From Azolla caroliniana (lineage: Eukaryota > Plantae > Polypodiophyta): DNA of 64,000 bases. Below, one piece after another: positions 37,231 to 49,630 of this stretch. The stretch lies in the NCBI GenBank assembly GCA_043228905.1, contig JBHGNT010000022.1:1736001-1800000 (forward strand), given 5' to 3'. Positions within the stretch are counted from its first letter, which is position 1. Each line of letters starts with the position of its first letter. The notes under the pieces are model-generated. The model ran no database searches. It was given only the letters and a program-made list of their open reading frames with translations, and was not told the origin of the DNA. A program made the position numbers and the translations under genes.

Positions 37231-37826
37231 TCTATGTAAGGGCATTTAAAATGTGTTGTTGTCAAAATATATATTGGCACTAAGGGTTATTTTTATTAAC
37301 CTTTTTTTTATAGAAGGGTATCTAAAATAGTAAAAAATATACGTATAAGGGGTTTATAAAAGATGTTGTGAATGCACATGATACAACCTCTATATATATA
37401 GTGGAGTCCCCGGGTCTCTTTATATCTTTCTTCTGTCACACTATCTTTTCTCTTGGTTCTGACAATTTGATTCGAATTTATCTCTCTCTCCTTTATCCTC
37501 CTCTATAAACATCACAAAACCATGCCCGCCATCAACTCAGAAGAATATCTCACCCTTGTTGCAGAAATGGAGAATCTTAAATCCAAGTTTGCATCTCTTG
37601 AATTAGAGAATCAATGTCTTTTTGGAGATCTACAAAAGGTTATTGTGGAGAAGCAACAACAAGAAGAGGAGTTTACGTGACGGGTGCAACATTTAGAATC
37701 AACAATCATGTCAAGGAATTATCAAGGAGCCCAAAATCAGACTCCCAGCTAAATTTGATGGTTCGAGGGCACATTTCCAAGATTGCTTGAATCAAGTGCG
37801 GTTGGTAATTCAAATGCATCCCACAC

Positions 37827-40392
37827 TGTCGCGGTTTTCTGCGAGTACATGTTGAAACAAGCAGGACCATGGGGGTCTCCAACCGAGGAGTCAGAGGGAG
37901 TAGGAAGAGCGACTGTGACGGTGTTCCTAGTCGGTTACTAGAAGTCGGACAGCAAGTGTGTAGGTTCGCAGAAGGAATCGTGTCACGCAGTTCGCAGGTA
38001 GAGCGGGAAACTAGTTAAGAAGAAACAAAAGTAGAGATGAAAACCCGAAATGAGAAGAGATCGACCCCAACAATTGAAACGAATCGATTAAGCTAAACAA
38101 AATACAACCGGGCTCGGCCGGTAGCAGAGCCGTACGTTCTACGAAACACACCCCCACCCACACACGCACACAGACATATCAAGGAGCCTTTGGTCAAGAG
38201 CTCACAGGCTTCCTGCGTGAGCAAAGGCTTCCTTTCAGAATCGTACACAAGACACACAGAGAGAGAGAGAGAGAGAGAGCTCGACCCACAAACCGACATC
38301 ACTTCGTCCTCCCAAAACCAAATATCTAACCCCCCCTTTTATAGCACAAGGGGAGACTGTTACATCGTGATCGGTGTCAGAGATTCCCCCCTTTGATTTC
38401 TTCACATCAAATCCCTGCCTTCTCTCTATGTGTGTGGGACTCTAAAGTACCCTTTAATTCCTACTACCTAGTACTTACCATGCTATTTACATTATGTTGG
38501 TGCATGTTTCTTGATTCGTGTGTATCGGTGCACACACTTGTTCACACGCTCTTGGCATCGTTTCTCTCTCTGTCTGGAATCCTTCACGACATCCACCCCC
38601 ACGAAACCGCACATCCTCCGGCATGTGCCAATTAGTGTAGTAGTGGAGATTCCGGCCCAACCTTTACACGTCTTCTCCCGATCCGTCGTTGGTTTGGTCC
38701 CCATCCGACTCCTCGTTCTCGACGATACCGTCCCCGGTCTCCGGATTCGGTTCCGCTTCATGTCGCTTCTAAAAGGCATTGATTCGCTTACCCGCGACCG
38801 GAACCGGAACCACGAGCCTCGTCCCGTCGAGCTCCACCAGGTGGTACATGGCATTGTAGTTTGCGCTTGTCACCACGTAGGGCCCAAACCACCGTTGTGC
38901 AAATTTCCGAGTCGATCCGTGTTGGTTATCCAGGCTGCTGTCGTAAACCAGTACCCAGTCGCCTTCCTCAATCTTCCTCGGCTAGAGTTGGTGCGTCCAA
39001 TCGAACCGGGCCTTGTTCCTCTTCCTCGCTTCCTCCGTTCTTGCTGTCGCTCGCTTGACATCTTCCAGTCTCTGCTCGAGCTATCGGATTCGTACCGCCA
39101 ACAGCTCCCCTCGGCTCATCTCCGAGGACTAGTTGACTGCCAACCATGAAGAGATCTTCCTTTCCACTAGCATGATCAGTTTCTGTCCGAACATAAGCTT
39201 GACCGGCATATACCCTGTCACCGAACTGTGCGTAGTTTGGTTGGCCCAAAGTTCATAAGGAAGTAGTCTCAGCCAATTCCTGACTCGTCTGTCACACGCA
39301 CCAATGCTTTCATGATCGGCCCGTGTCCACGCTCGAGCTTCCCATTTGCCTCCGGATTGTATGCCGTGGTGAGGGAAAGCTTTACGCCTAATCGGTCGAA
39401 CAAATCCTCGGCTTCCTGTGCATCCAACTACCCTCGGTCAGCCACGATCTTACCCATGCACCCATCTCGACATAAAACATCATCTATTAGGAACTTGCAT
39501 ACGGTCGCGGTTGTCTTGTTCGTCAATGCTTGGCCTTCCACCTGATTCGTCAGATCTTCCCTTGCTAGCACTAGGTACCGCATCTGCCCTACTAACATTG
39601 GCATCGTCACCAAGTTGACCATCCACTTGAAGTGTATGGTTGGCAGGTAAGTCGGGTGTAGCTCGTCACTGTGTCGAATCTGGCAGCTTTCACACATCGA
39701 CACGAAGTGGTGCACCTCCTGATACATTCCCAGCCACCAGTACTTCTCTTTCAACTTCTCGAACGTGGCCCGTGTCCCTCAATGTCTGGACCAAGGAATC
39801 TCGTGGAACTCCATCATCAACACGGATTGGTCTTCTTCCCACGTCACCACCCGGAGTGGTGCGTCATTCCTCTTCTTTGGATGCCGCCAGATTTTCCCGC
39901 CTCTTAGAAAGAATTTGTAAGCTTTCTTCCGAAGTCGACTCACTTCTTCTTTCATCCACGATGCGTCCATCGTCATCGTGCTCAGGAATCTTCCGATCAA
40001 AAGCCACTCCCCATCGTAGTCGTTCTCCTTGAACTCGTTCAGGGCCGGAGTGCTGACCTTGTTCGCCAACATTCGAGCTGACTCGAAGAAGTCCACGCCG
40101 ACCTCTTCTTCTTCCGACACCATGCCATCCTTGTTCTCGAACTGTGCTCTTGAGAGCATATCGGCCATGGTGTTGTCCTTTCCGGAGATGTGTCGTATCT
40201 CCGGATTTAGAGACTTGATGTACGCAATCCACCTGAGCATTTCCAGGTCCAGAGTCGCACATCTGGAAACCATACAAAGGATCGGTAGGTAGTCCATCGC
40301 GATTATTACTTTCGTCCTGATCAAGTAGTCTTTATCATCCTTGAAAGCCAAAACAATACCCCAGGGTTCACGTTTAACCTGGGCATATCCTA
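37827..40392 (-). mobile_element. 5'-truncated gypsy of the same family as 5883-21076 (RH-INT plus 3' LTR 37827-38668)
   Basis: LEMLRWIAYIKSLNPEIRHISGK, KEKYWWLGMY...CESC, and PPT-like GGGAGAAGACG before LTR start TGTAAAGG. Confidence 0.85.
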
Positions 40393-41590
40393 TGAAGGAC
40401 TTACTTCTTACCTTCCCTGAGGATCCAAAATCACTTACAGAAGCTATTAGTTGAGCAATATGGTGTGATAATCATCTTTTTGAGCATCGATGTGAACGAC
40501 AACAACAAATAACAAGATCAAGATTCACACCAACTTATGCATCAGTAATGCCGCAATCATCTCCAAGGCAAACGTATAGCCCTACTCCAACCCCAAGGCA
40601 AACACGTAGCCCAGCCCCAAAGGATAGGCCGACGCCCATGGAGATCGATATGACCCAACGTCGAGGACCATTGTTAGAAGAAGAGAAGCAACGACGCCGA
40701 GCAAACCGTTTGTGCTTATATTGCGGAGGTGCAGGACACATAGCCATTCATTGCTCCCGTAGGCCAAGACGTCAGGTAAATCACATTCACTATGACAATA
40801 AAAATGAGTCCAACATTTGACAAGCACTTAGTGATTCCAATATTATTAATTCTAATACGTGACGGGTGCAACAATTAGAATCTACAATTGTAATTTTACA
40901 ACAAAAAAGGGTTGAAGGTCAAGGAAGTATTAAGGAGGCCAAAATCAGTCTCCCGGCTAAATTTGATGGTTCTAGGGCACATTTTCGAGCCTTCTTGAAT
41001 CAAGTGTGGTTGGTAATCCAAATGCATCCCATGCGTTATCCGACAGATGCATCACGAGTTGGGTTAGTGGGAAGCTTATTGAGTGGCATAGCATTGTCAT
41101 GGTTTGCTACATAATTTCGAGGAGTTTGTCAAAGAATTTAAGGCTTGCTTCGGAGATACAGATGGGGCAAGAACGGCAATCAACAAGATTCGTACACTAC
41201 GTCAAGGTGATCAACCAACCTCAACATATGCAACTAATTTTCGTCTCATCGCAAGTGATATTCCTTGGGATGAACAAGCCCTAATGGAGCAATTTCGTTC
41301 CGGTCTTTGTAGTGATGTGAAGGACTTACTTCTTACCTTCCTCGACGATCCAAAATCACTTATAGAATCGCTATTAGTCAAGCAATACGGTGTGATAATC
41401 ACCTTTCTGAGCGTCGATGTGAGCGACAAAAAAAAAAAACAAGACCAAGATATACACCAACTTATGCATGAGTAACGGCGCAATCATCTCCAAGCAAAAC
41501 GTATAGCCTTGCTCCAACCCCAAGGCAAACACGTAGCCCAACCCCAATGGATAGGCCGACGCCCATGGAGATCGATATGACCCAACGTCG

Positions 41591-44500
41591 TGTTGAGAAC
41601 TCGACGTTCCTTATGTCCGACGCTCGGCCACAACCGAGATTCTTTTCATACACAGAAAAACAGGTAATGAAACGCGACACAGAAGAGGAGAAATGGTACA
41701 CAGGAGGTATACGTGGAAAACCCCTTGATCGGGGAAAAAACCACGGCAGCCCACAAGCTGCAAACTGTCACTATGTAGAAATATACAACAGTGAGATCAC
41801 CGAGGCAACGACCTCGTGCTCTCAGATCTTCGCCACAGGCGGCGGTTACAACAGAGGCAACGACCTCGTCTCTCTCTCTCTCTCTCTCACTGTAAAGTTA
41901 CACGCTCTGATTTCTTCTTGCACCAACAACGAAGAATAATCACGAAAAACAACTACTCAAAAAAAAAAACTATAAGTTTGCCCTAAGTCATATTTATACT
42001 AATATGACTTTTCGGCTATTTACAAATGTAGCCTCGATGGGCTCCATCCGGCTCTCCGCAGTCGGGTACTCCTCATCCGGTTCATACCGGGCCTACACCA
42101 TCCGACTCTCCGCAGTCGGGTACTCCTCATCCGGTTCATACCGGGCCTACACCATCCGACTATCCGTAGTCGGGTACTCCTCATCCGGTTCATACCGGGC
42201 CTACACCATCCGACTCTCCGCAGTTGGGTACTCCTCATCCGGAGGGACCTGTCTTCCGACAAACTCCCCTTCACTCCGGCATGGGGTGTCTTTCCAGCCC
42301 GATCCTCTTCCGGCATGCGTCCAGCTTGTCGGGTGTCAGCACTTTGGTCAGCATATCTGACCCGTTCTCGGTCGTGTGGATCTTCGCCAATGTGAACTCC
42401 TGGTCATCTACCCTTTCCCGGATCCAGTGATACCTTCACTGGATATGCTTTGTCCGGGAATGGTAGGCCGCATTCTTAGCAAGGTGGATGGCACTTTGAC
42501 TGTTGCAGTAGAGTCGGTATTCCTCTTGCCGGATACCGAGCTCCCCGATGAAGTCCTGCATCCATAATATTTCCTTGCCGGCTTCCACAGCCGCCATGTA
42601 CTTCGCCTCTGTGGTTGACAATGCAACCGTCTTCTGCAGCCTCGACTGCCACGAGACAGCTCCCCCTGCATATGTCATCACATACCCGGATGTAGACCGG
42701 CTGGTATCCACATCAGCCGACATGTCCGAATCGGTGAAACCGTCCAGTTGAGGTTTTCCGGTGCCGAATCGGAGACACATATTTGAAGTGCCCTTCAAAT
42801 ACCGGAGTATCCATTTGACCGCGTTCCAATGCTCCTTGCCGGGATTACTCATGAACCGGCTCACCACTCCGACTGCGTATCCAATGTCCGGTCGGGTACA
42901 AACCATTGCGTACATCAAGCTCCCGACGGCAGAGGCATATGGAATCTTCATCATATCTGCCTTCTCTCCCTTTGTCTTCGGGCTTTGCTTGCCAGACAAC
43001 TTGCAGTTTGCCGGAAGTGTCGATCCGACCGGTTTTGCATCTGACGTGTTGAACCGGTGAAGCACCTTTGTCACATACTTCTCCTGTGACAGCCATAGTT
43101 GCTTCACTGACCGGTCCCGAATGATGTGCATCCCCAACATCTATCTTGCAGGACCCAGGTCTTTCATTGAGAAGGTCCGGTTGAGAGCCTTCTTCAGCAT
43201 CCGTATTTTGCCTTTGTCTCGTCCGACGATCAACATGTCATCCACGTACAGGAGGAGTATCAGGAAGTCCCCTCCTTCGAACTTCTTCACAAACACGCAG
43301 TGATCGGTCTGCGTCTTGTGGTACCCTTGATCGGTCATGAAGGAGTCGAACTTCCGATACCATTGCCGGGGAGCCTGCTTCAGTCCGTACAGGCTCTTCT
43401 TCAACCGGCATACCAGGTGCTCCTTCCCTTTCTCCACAAATCCTTCCGGTTGCTGCATGTAGATTTCCTCTTCGAGGTCGCCGTGGAGGAATGCCGTCTT
43501 CACGTCCAGCTGCTCTACCTCGAGATCCAAGCTTGCTGCTATACTCAGCACCGTCCGGATGGAGGTCATCTTTACTACCGGGGCGAATATTTCGTCGAAG
43601 TCCACGCCCTTCTTCTGTTGGAACCCCTTCACCACGATCCTGGCTTTGTATCTCGGGGGGTTGCTGGCATCTCCCGGTTTCAACTTGAACACCCACTTGT
43701 TTCGGAGTGCCCGCTTTTCTTTCGTCAGCTCCACCAATTCGTACGTATGGTTCTCATGCAGGGAATCCATCTCATCCTGCATGGCACTTAACCATTTTCG
43801 GCTGTGGGTGTCTTCCTTCGCTTCTTCGAAGCTTTCCGACTCCCCCTCATCGGTTAGCAGGACATGCTCTGCATCCGGAAATCTCCGGGGCGCCCTTCTC
43901 TCTCTGAGAGGATATCTACGTCTTCGGGCTCCGGTAATCGGTTCCTCCATTTGCTCTTCATCCGAATCCGATTCGGGATCTTGACCAGTTCCGGTCTCAG
44001 CTTCCTCTACTTCTTCTTCTGCCGGTTCGGTATCCTCACCGTAACCGGCTGGTTCCTCGAGTGCTAACCGGTCTCTTGCCAGTTGGGTCTGCTCATTGTA
44101 GAGTCTATCCTTACCGGTCGACTCGGAGTTCATTATCTTCTTCTCCGACTCCCAGTCGGCGAGCGTCTTGTCCTCAATGAAGATAATATCTCGACTCCGG
44201 AATATCTTCTTGTCGACCGGGTCCCACACTCGGTAGCCGAACTCATCGTCACCGTAACCGAGGAATATGCATGGCCGGGCTTTGGATCTAGCTTTCCTCT
44301 CCGGTCCTTTGCTACATGCACGTACGCGAGACACCCGAACACCCTCAGATGCCGGTAGGACACTTCCTTACAGGTCCACACTCTCTGTGGCGTGTCTCCG
44401 TCCAGGGGTACTGAGGGTGATCTGTTTATCACATATGTCGCCGTCGACAGTGCCTCAGCCCAAAACTTCTTGGGTAGTTCTGCATGCGCTAGCATACTCC

Positions 44501-47026
44501 GGACCCTCTCCATTATGGTCCGGTTCATCCTCTCGGCCAGTCCGTTTAGTTTCGGCGTCTTCGGCACGGTAAATTCGAGCCGGATTCCCTTCGAGCGGCA
44601 GTACTCCTCGAACTGCCCCCGGTACTCACCTCCGTTATCTGCTCGAACCGCCTTAAGCTTCCGACCGGTTTCTCTTTCCACTCTCGCGTGGAGCTCTTTG
44701 AAGACGGATAACACCTGATCCTTCGTCTTCAGCGGTGTGGCCCACAGCTTCCGGCTGTGGTCATCTATGAACGTCACGAAGTACTGCGCTCCGGCATGTG
44801 ACTTCGTGTCTACTTGACAAACATCCGTATGCACCAACTCCAGTGGTGCATTACGTCTCATCGGTGGCCTTGGTCGGAAGGAGGTCCGGTTCTGCTTACC
44901 GGCCAGACAATCAGTGCACTTCTCTAAATGCACGTTCTTCACTGGGATGAGGTTGTCGTCTGCAAGCCTCTTCATCCCCTTCTCACTCATGTGACATAGC
45001 CTCTTGTGCCACAGCTCACCGGCAATGTCGGAAGCCACGTTCACTTCTTCCGGACATAACCGGGCATTCATCAGGTACAGTGTGTTTACCTTCCGGGCCC
45101 GAGCCACAATCAGGCTCCCTTTGCTGAACTTCATGACACCGTTCCGGATGCTACCCGTGTAGCATTCATCATCTAGCCGATCGGCTGATATCAGGTTCAG
45201 ACGAACTTCCGGAACGTGTTGGACATCTTTCAACAGCAACTTGCATCCGGTTGGTGTTGTCAGCCACACGTCTCCTATGCCGACAATTCGGCATGTTCCT
45301 TCATTCCCCATCCGGACACAGCCGTGATCACCGGCTGAGTAGGATGAGAAGCATTTCCGGTCCGGGGTAAGGTGGAACGACGCTCCGGAATCTACCACCC
45401 AGGTCATCTCATCGCCGGCATGGTTTATCTCACTCTCCTCGGTGATGAGCATCAACTCCTTTCACTTGCCGCAATTGCCGTCGTTCCCTTCCGGTCCGTC
45501 CCCCTCTGGTCTTTACCGTTCCGGTCTGTACCGTTCCGGTTCGGGGTTTGCTTCGAATCGGTACCGTCGGTTTCCTTGTCTTTACGGAAATGCCGACAGT
45601 TCTTTTGGAAGTGTCCCGGCTTGCCGCAATAGAAGCAAGTAGGCCTCCCCCTTGACTTTGATCGTGTCCCCGACTTCTCCCGGTTCTGGGGACTACGGTT
45701 TCTATGTCTTCCGCGTTCCGATTCGGTAAGGAGCGATTTGGAGTCGGAGCTCGTATCTTTGTCTTTCCGACGAGCCTCCTCATCTAGCAAGCTCGACTTT
45801 ACTCTTGCCAGGGATAACCGTTTTCCTTCCGGCTCGGCATTGCCCAAAGTAACAACCAACGTCTCCCAGCTATCCGGGAGGGAACCGAGTAGGAGTAGCG
45901 CTAGGACCTCATCGGCAAGAGGTACTTCCAATGACGTTGCCTGGTGAATCAGCCCCTGGAAGGCATTCATATGCTCCGCCATGCTGGAGCCATCTTGGTA
46001 CCGGAGTCTTACAAGCTTCCGGAATACCGACGCCTGATTGACAGCATTTTTGTTCTGGAACATCATGTCGATCTTCTCCCAGAGCTCATGAGTCTTGCTC
46101 TCTTCATTGAAGTTGTTGTACAGGCTCATGTCGATGAAGCACCGTATGTCTTCATGTGCATCACCTCCCATATCGCGGCGTCGATTTTGTCCGGTCTCTT
46201 GTCCCCGAACTGAACCGGCAGCCAGAGGTCTTTAACCACGAGCATGTCCCTCATCTTCGACTTCCACACTGAATAGTTGGAGTCGGTGAGCTTGAACATG
46301 CCGCCAAACGATTCGTCCATTTTCTGTGTCGAACCTCGCTCTGATACCACTTGTTGAGAACTCGACGTTCCTTATGTCCGACGCTCGGCCACAACCGAGA
46401 TTCTTTTCATACATAGAAAAACAGGTAATGAAACGCGACACAGAAGAGGAGAAATGGTACACAGGAGGTATACGTGGAAAACCCCTTGATCGGGGAAAAA
46501 ACCACGGCAGCCCACAAGCTGCAAATTGTCACTATGTAGAAATATACAACAGTGAGATCACCGAGGCAACGACCTCGTGCTCTCAGATCTTCGCCACAGG
46601 CGGCGGTTACAACAGAGGCAACGACCTCGTCTCTCTCTCTCTCTCTCTCTCTCTCTGTACAGTTACGCGCTCTGATTTCTTCTTGCACCAACAACGAAGA
46701 ATAATCACGAAAAACAACTACTCAAAAAAAAAAACTATAAGTTTGCCCTAAGTCATATTTATACTAATATGACTTTTCGGCTATTTACAAATGTAGCCTC
46801 GATGGGCTCCATCCGGCTCTCCGCAGTCGGGTACTCCTCATCCGGTTCATACCGGGCCTACACCATCCGACCCTCCGCAGTCGGGTACTCCTCATCCGGT
46901 TCATACCGGGCCTACACCATCCGACTCTCCGTAGTCGGGTACTCCTCATCCAGTTCATACCGGGCCTACACCATCCGACTCTCCGCAGTCGGGTACTCCT
47001 CATCCGGAGGGACCTGTCTTCCAACA
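41591..47026 (-). mobile_element. Full-length Ty1/copia element (Tnt1-like) with frameshifts and stops
   Basis: LTRs 41591-42261 and 46352-47026, TSD CGTCG, PBS TGGTATCAGAGCG (46337-46349), PPT after 42261; gag CFYCGKPGHFQKNC, WVVDSGAS, INT, YVDD, RH. Confidence 0.96.
42044..42243. repeat. 54-bp tandem repeat (~3.7 units) in LTR U3; second copy at ~46809-47008
   Basis: Unit CCATCCGACTCTCCGCAGTCGGGTACTCCTCATCCGGTTCATACCGGGCCTACA. Confidence 0.93.
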
Positions 47027-47709
47027 CGTCGAGGACCATTGTTAGAAGAAGAGAAGCAACGACGCCGAGCAAACCGTCTGTGCTTATATTGCGGAGGTCC
47101 AAGACACATAGCCATTCATTGCTCTCGTAGGCCAAGCCGTCAGGTAAATCACATTCACTATGACAATAAAAATGAGTTCAACATTTGAGAAGCACTTAGT
47201 GATTCTAATATTATGAATAATCCACCCTTGTCCAATAAGTTTGAAGTCCTCAGCGAATTAGAAGAGGATTCAAACGAATAAGTTCGGCCAAAACAGGAGC
47301 CATTTGGTTGGACAACCCTAGATCTATACAACCTAGTGTAGGCTCCATTTCATCCAAGCATGTTAGTAGAGTCTTCACAACCAAAGTACAAGTTAGGACA
47401 CCGAGTTGTCAACTTCAGGTCCAAGCCCTCTTAGATACTGGAGCTAATTCTTGTTTCACGGATAGAGATTTTGCCCAAAAACACCAAATATCCTTGCATA
47501 CGCTTCCTTGTCTAGTTTTCGTAGTAGTGATTGATGGGCATCTCATAGCTTCCGGGAAGATATTCGAAGAGTTTGAGCCAATACACATACTCTTAGGTGA
47601 TTTAGGATGTGTAGTTTCCATTAACATAATCCGTACTCCTGAGCATCAAATTGTCCTCGGTTTGCCATGGTTCGAGCTACATAACCCAAGAATCGATTGG
47701 AGGTGAGAA

Positions 47710-49630
47710 ATATGGTGCCCTTTGTTACACTTACGTGTTCCTCGAGTAGCTATGATGTGAACCTTTTCCCTATACATGGGCACTTTTTACTCTAATTCTG
47801 GCTAGAGGTTTTTTCCCCATGTTACCACATACATGACTCACTCATATGTGGTGGTACTTAGTACTTAGGGATATATATTTCAGCTCTTACTAGTTTTGTA
47901 GGATTCATCAATAGAGAGAGCTATTCCAGCCATTGTCTTCTCTGTGAGAGCGCTTCTTGTGTGTGCTTCTTGTGTGTCTCCCACTCTTCCACATACACCC
48001 AATAGTGCTATCAGAGCGAGTTCTTCATCCTCTCAATCTTCGGTTTTCTGAGTCGCAGCACCCGCGCACTTTTAACAGTGCAAATCAACTTCCGAATATA
48101 GAGAAGTGATTTTCAGCACTCGGAGAGCATTTCCAGCCGGTACCCTACATTGGGATGCATTGCATCAAATTTCTGTCGAAAGTCCACTATTTCTGATTTG
48201 TTTCCAAATTTTCTTATTTTTTGAATTTTTTTTATTTTTCCCATGAATAAATAAATAAAAATTGAAAAAATGGATTTTCAACGGAAATCCGATGCACTAC
48301 ATCGAATTTCAGTTGAAAGTTCACTTTTTCTTATTTGTTTCCAAATTTTCTTATTTTTTGAAATTTGTTTAGAATGTTTTTATATTTTCCATAAATAAAT
48401 AAATAAACATTGAAAAAATCGATTTTCAACGGAAATCCAATGCACTACATTGGATTTTAGTTGAAAATCCACTTTTTCTTATTTGTTTTCAAATTTTCAT
48501 ATTTTTTTACATTTTTTCCATAAAAAAATGTTAAAAATAAAAGAATCGTGATTTTGGCCATTTAAAATGATGTATTTTCAATAAGAATTCAATGTAGTGC
48601 ATCGGAGTTCCATTGAAAATCCATCATTTTCAATAGGAATCCGATGCACTGCATCGGATTTCTATTGAAAGTCCATCATTTTAAATGGTAATCCAATGCA
48701 GTGGATAAGATTTTCGTTGAAAATGCAATATTTTTTTATTATTTCATTGTTTTATGAAAAAAAGAAAAGGAATTTGGATTTTTAATTGAAATTCGATGTA
48801 GTGCATCAGATTTCTGTTGGAAATCCACTTTTTAAAATATTTTTATTTATTTATCGAAAAAATTAAAAACAATTGAAAAGAAAAAGGATTGACAGCCAAA
48901 ATCTAATGCACTGCATCGATGTCTAGCTGTATAGACTACAAATCGATGCAATGCATCGGATTTCAGTTGAAAAGCCATTTATTATTATTATTTATATGGA
49001 AAAGAATATAAATAAATAAATAACATTGAAAAAAGATAAAAGAGAAATGGATTTTCTACTTTAACCCAACGCATTGCATTGGATTCTAGCTGTATAGACT
49101 AAAATATAATGTACTGCATCGTATTTTAGTTGAAAATCCATTTTTTATAATTTTTATGGAAAAAAATTTAAAATTTACAAAATTTTAAAAAATCTTGGAT
49201 TTTCAACTGAAATCCAGTGCATTGCATTGGATTCCAGTTGAAAATCCAATAATATAAAACTTACATTAATTTAGATTAACGTCATAGTCTAATCTTCAGT
49301 TTGATGTTACATGTGCAATTTCATTCTACTGTCATGTACTACTACAACATATGCCTTAAAGATGTTCAGAAACTCTGTTGCATTAGAGAAGGACCCTAAG
49401 CAGGTTAACTTCATCAAAATGAGGATCCAAGGTATCTAGGACTCTCCTGATCAAGACCAAGAAGTTGGGGCAAAGCATATCAATGAAACTTAGATGTTCC
49501 AGATGACTTCTAGAGAACCTATGGAACCTATAGATGAAGAAGTAGGGGACCTTGTTGAATTAGAAGAAAATGAGAACAATCCTAATGAAAGAGCTAATCC
49601 TGAGGAGACGGCTTTACCAGACTTATTATT
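47710..49630 (+). mobile_element. Probable degenerate LTR element 5' end with a non-coding internal region
   Basis: LTR-like segment ends ~48004 and is followed by PBS-like TGCTATCAGAGCG (48007-48019). No second LTR was found and the boundaries are approximate. Confidence 0.45.
48150..49250. repeat. Array of ~12 imperfect palindromes (~50 bp) with AT-rich spacers
   Basis: Consensus GGATTTTCAAnnGAAATCCGATGCAnTGCATCGGATTTCnnTTGAAAATCC. Confidence 0.88.

Larger units (their letters stand above)
24399..37414. mobile_element. Non-autonomous TIR DNA transposon carrying host gene fragments (Pack-type)
   Basis: Left TIR CCCGGGGGCTTCACTAT and right end ATAGTGGAGTCCCCGGG form a 17-bp inverted repeat with 2 mismatches. 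Perfect 8-bp TSD TCTCTTTA (24391-24398, 37415-37422). The interrupted LTR resumes after it. Confidence 0.88.
24016..47705 (+). mobile_element. Fragmented second chromovirus (relative of 7569-19429): 5' LTR 24016-24398 plus 37415-37464, gag pieces 37522-37826, 40392-41590 and 47027-47281, protease 47308-47705
   Basis: LTR TGTCATGA...TTCTGACA. gag MPAINSEEYL is homologous to [10 protein letters not shown]; CLYCGG knuckle; ALLDTGANSCF protease. Pieces are separated by insertions, two of which have TSDs. Confidence 0.85.

Noticed and set aside
24410-37403. CACTA...TAGTG motif suggesting a CACTA transposon
   Set aside because: There is no 3-bp TSD around CACTA/TAGTG (CTT vs GAG), and the inverted repeat extends 11 bp further out to a perfect 8-bp TSD.
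48150-49250. CRISPR-like repeat-spacer appearance
   Set aside because: Eukaryotic TE context, degenerate ~50-bp repeats, irregular low-complexity spacers that resemble each other, and no cas genes.
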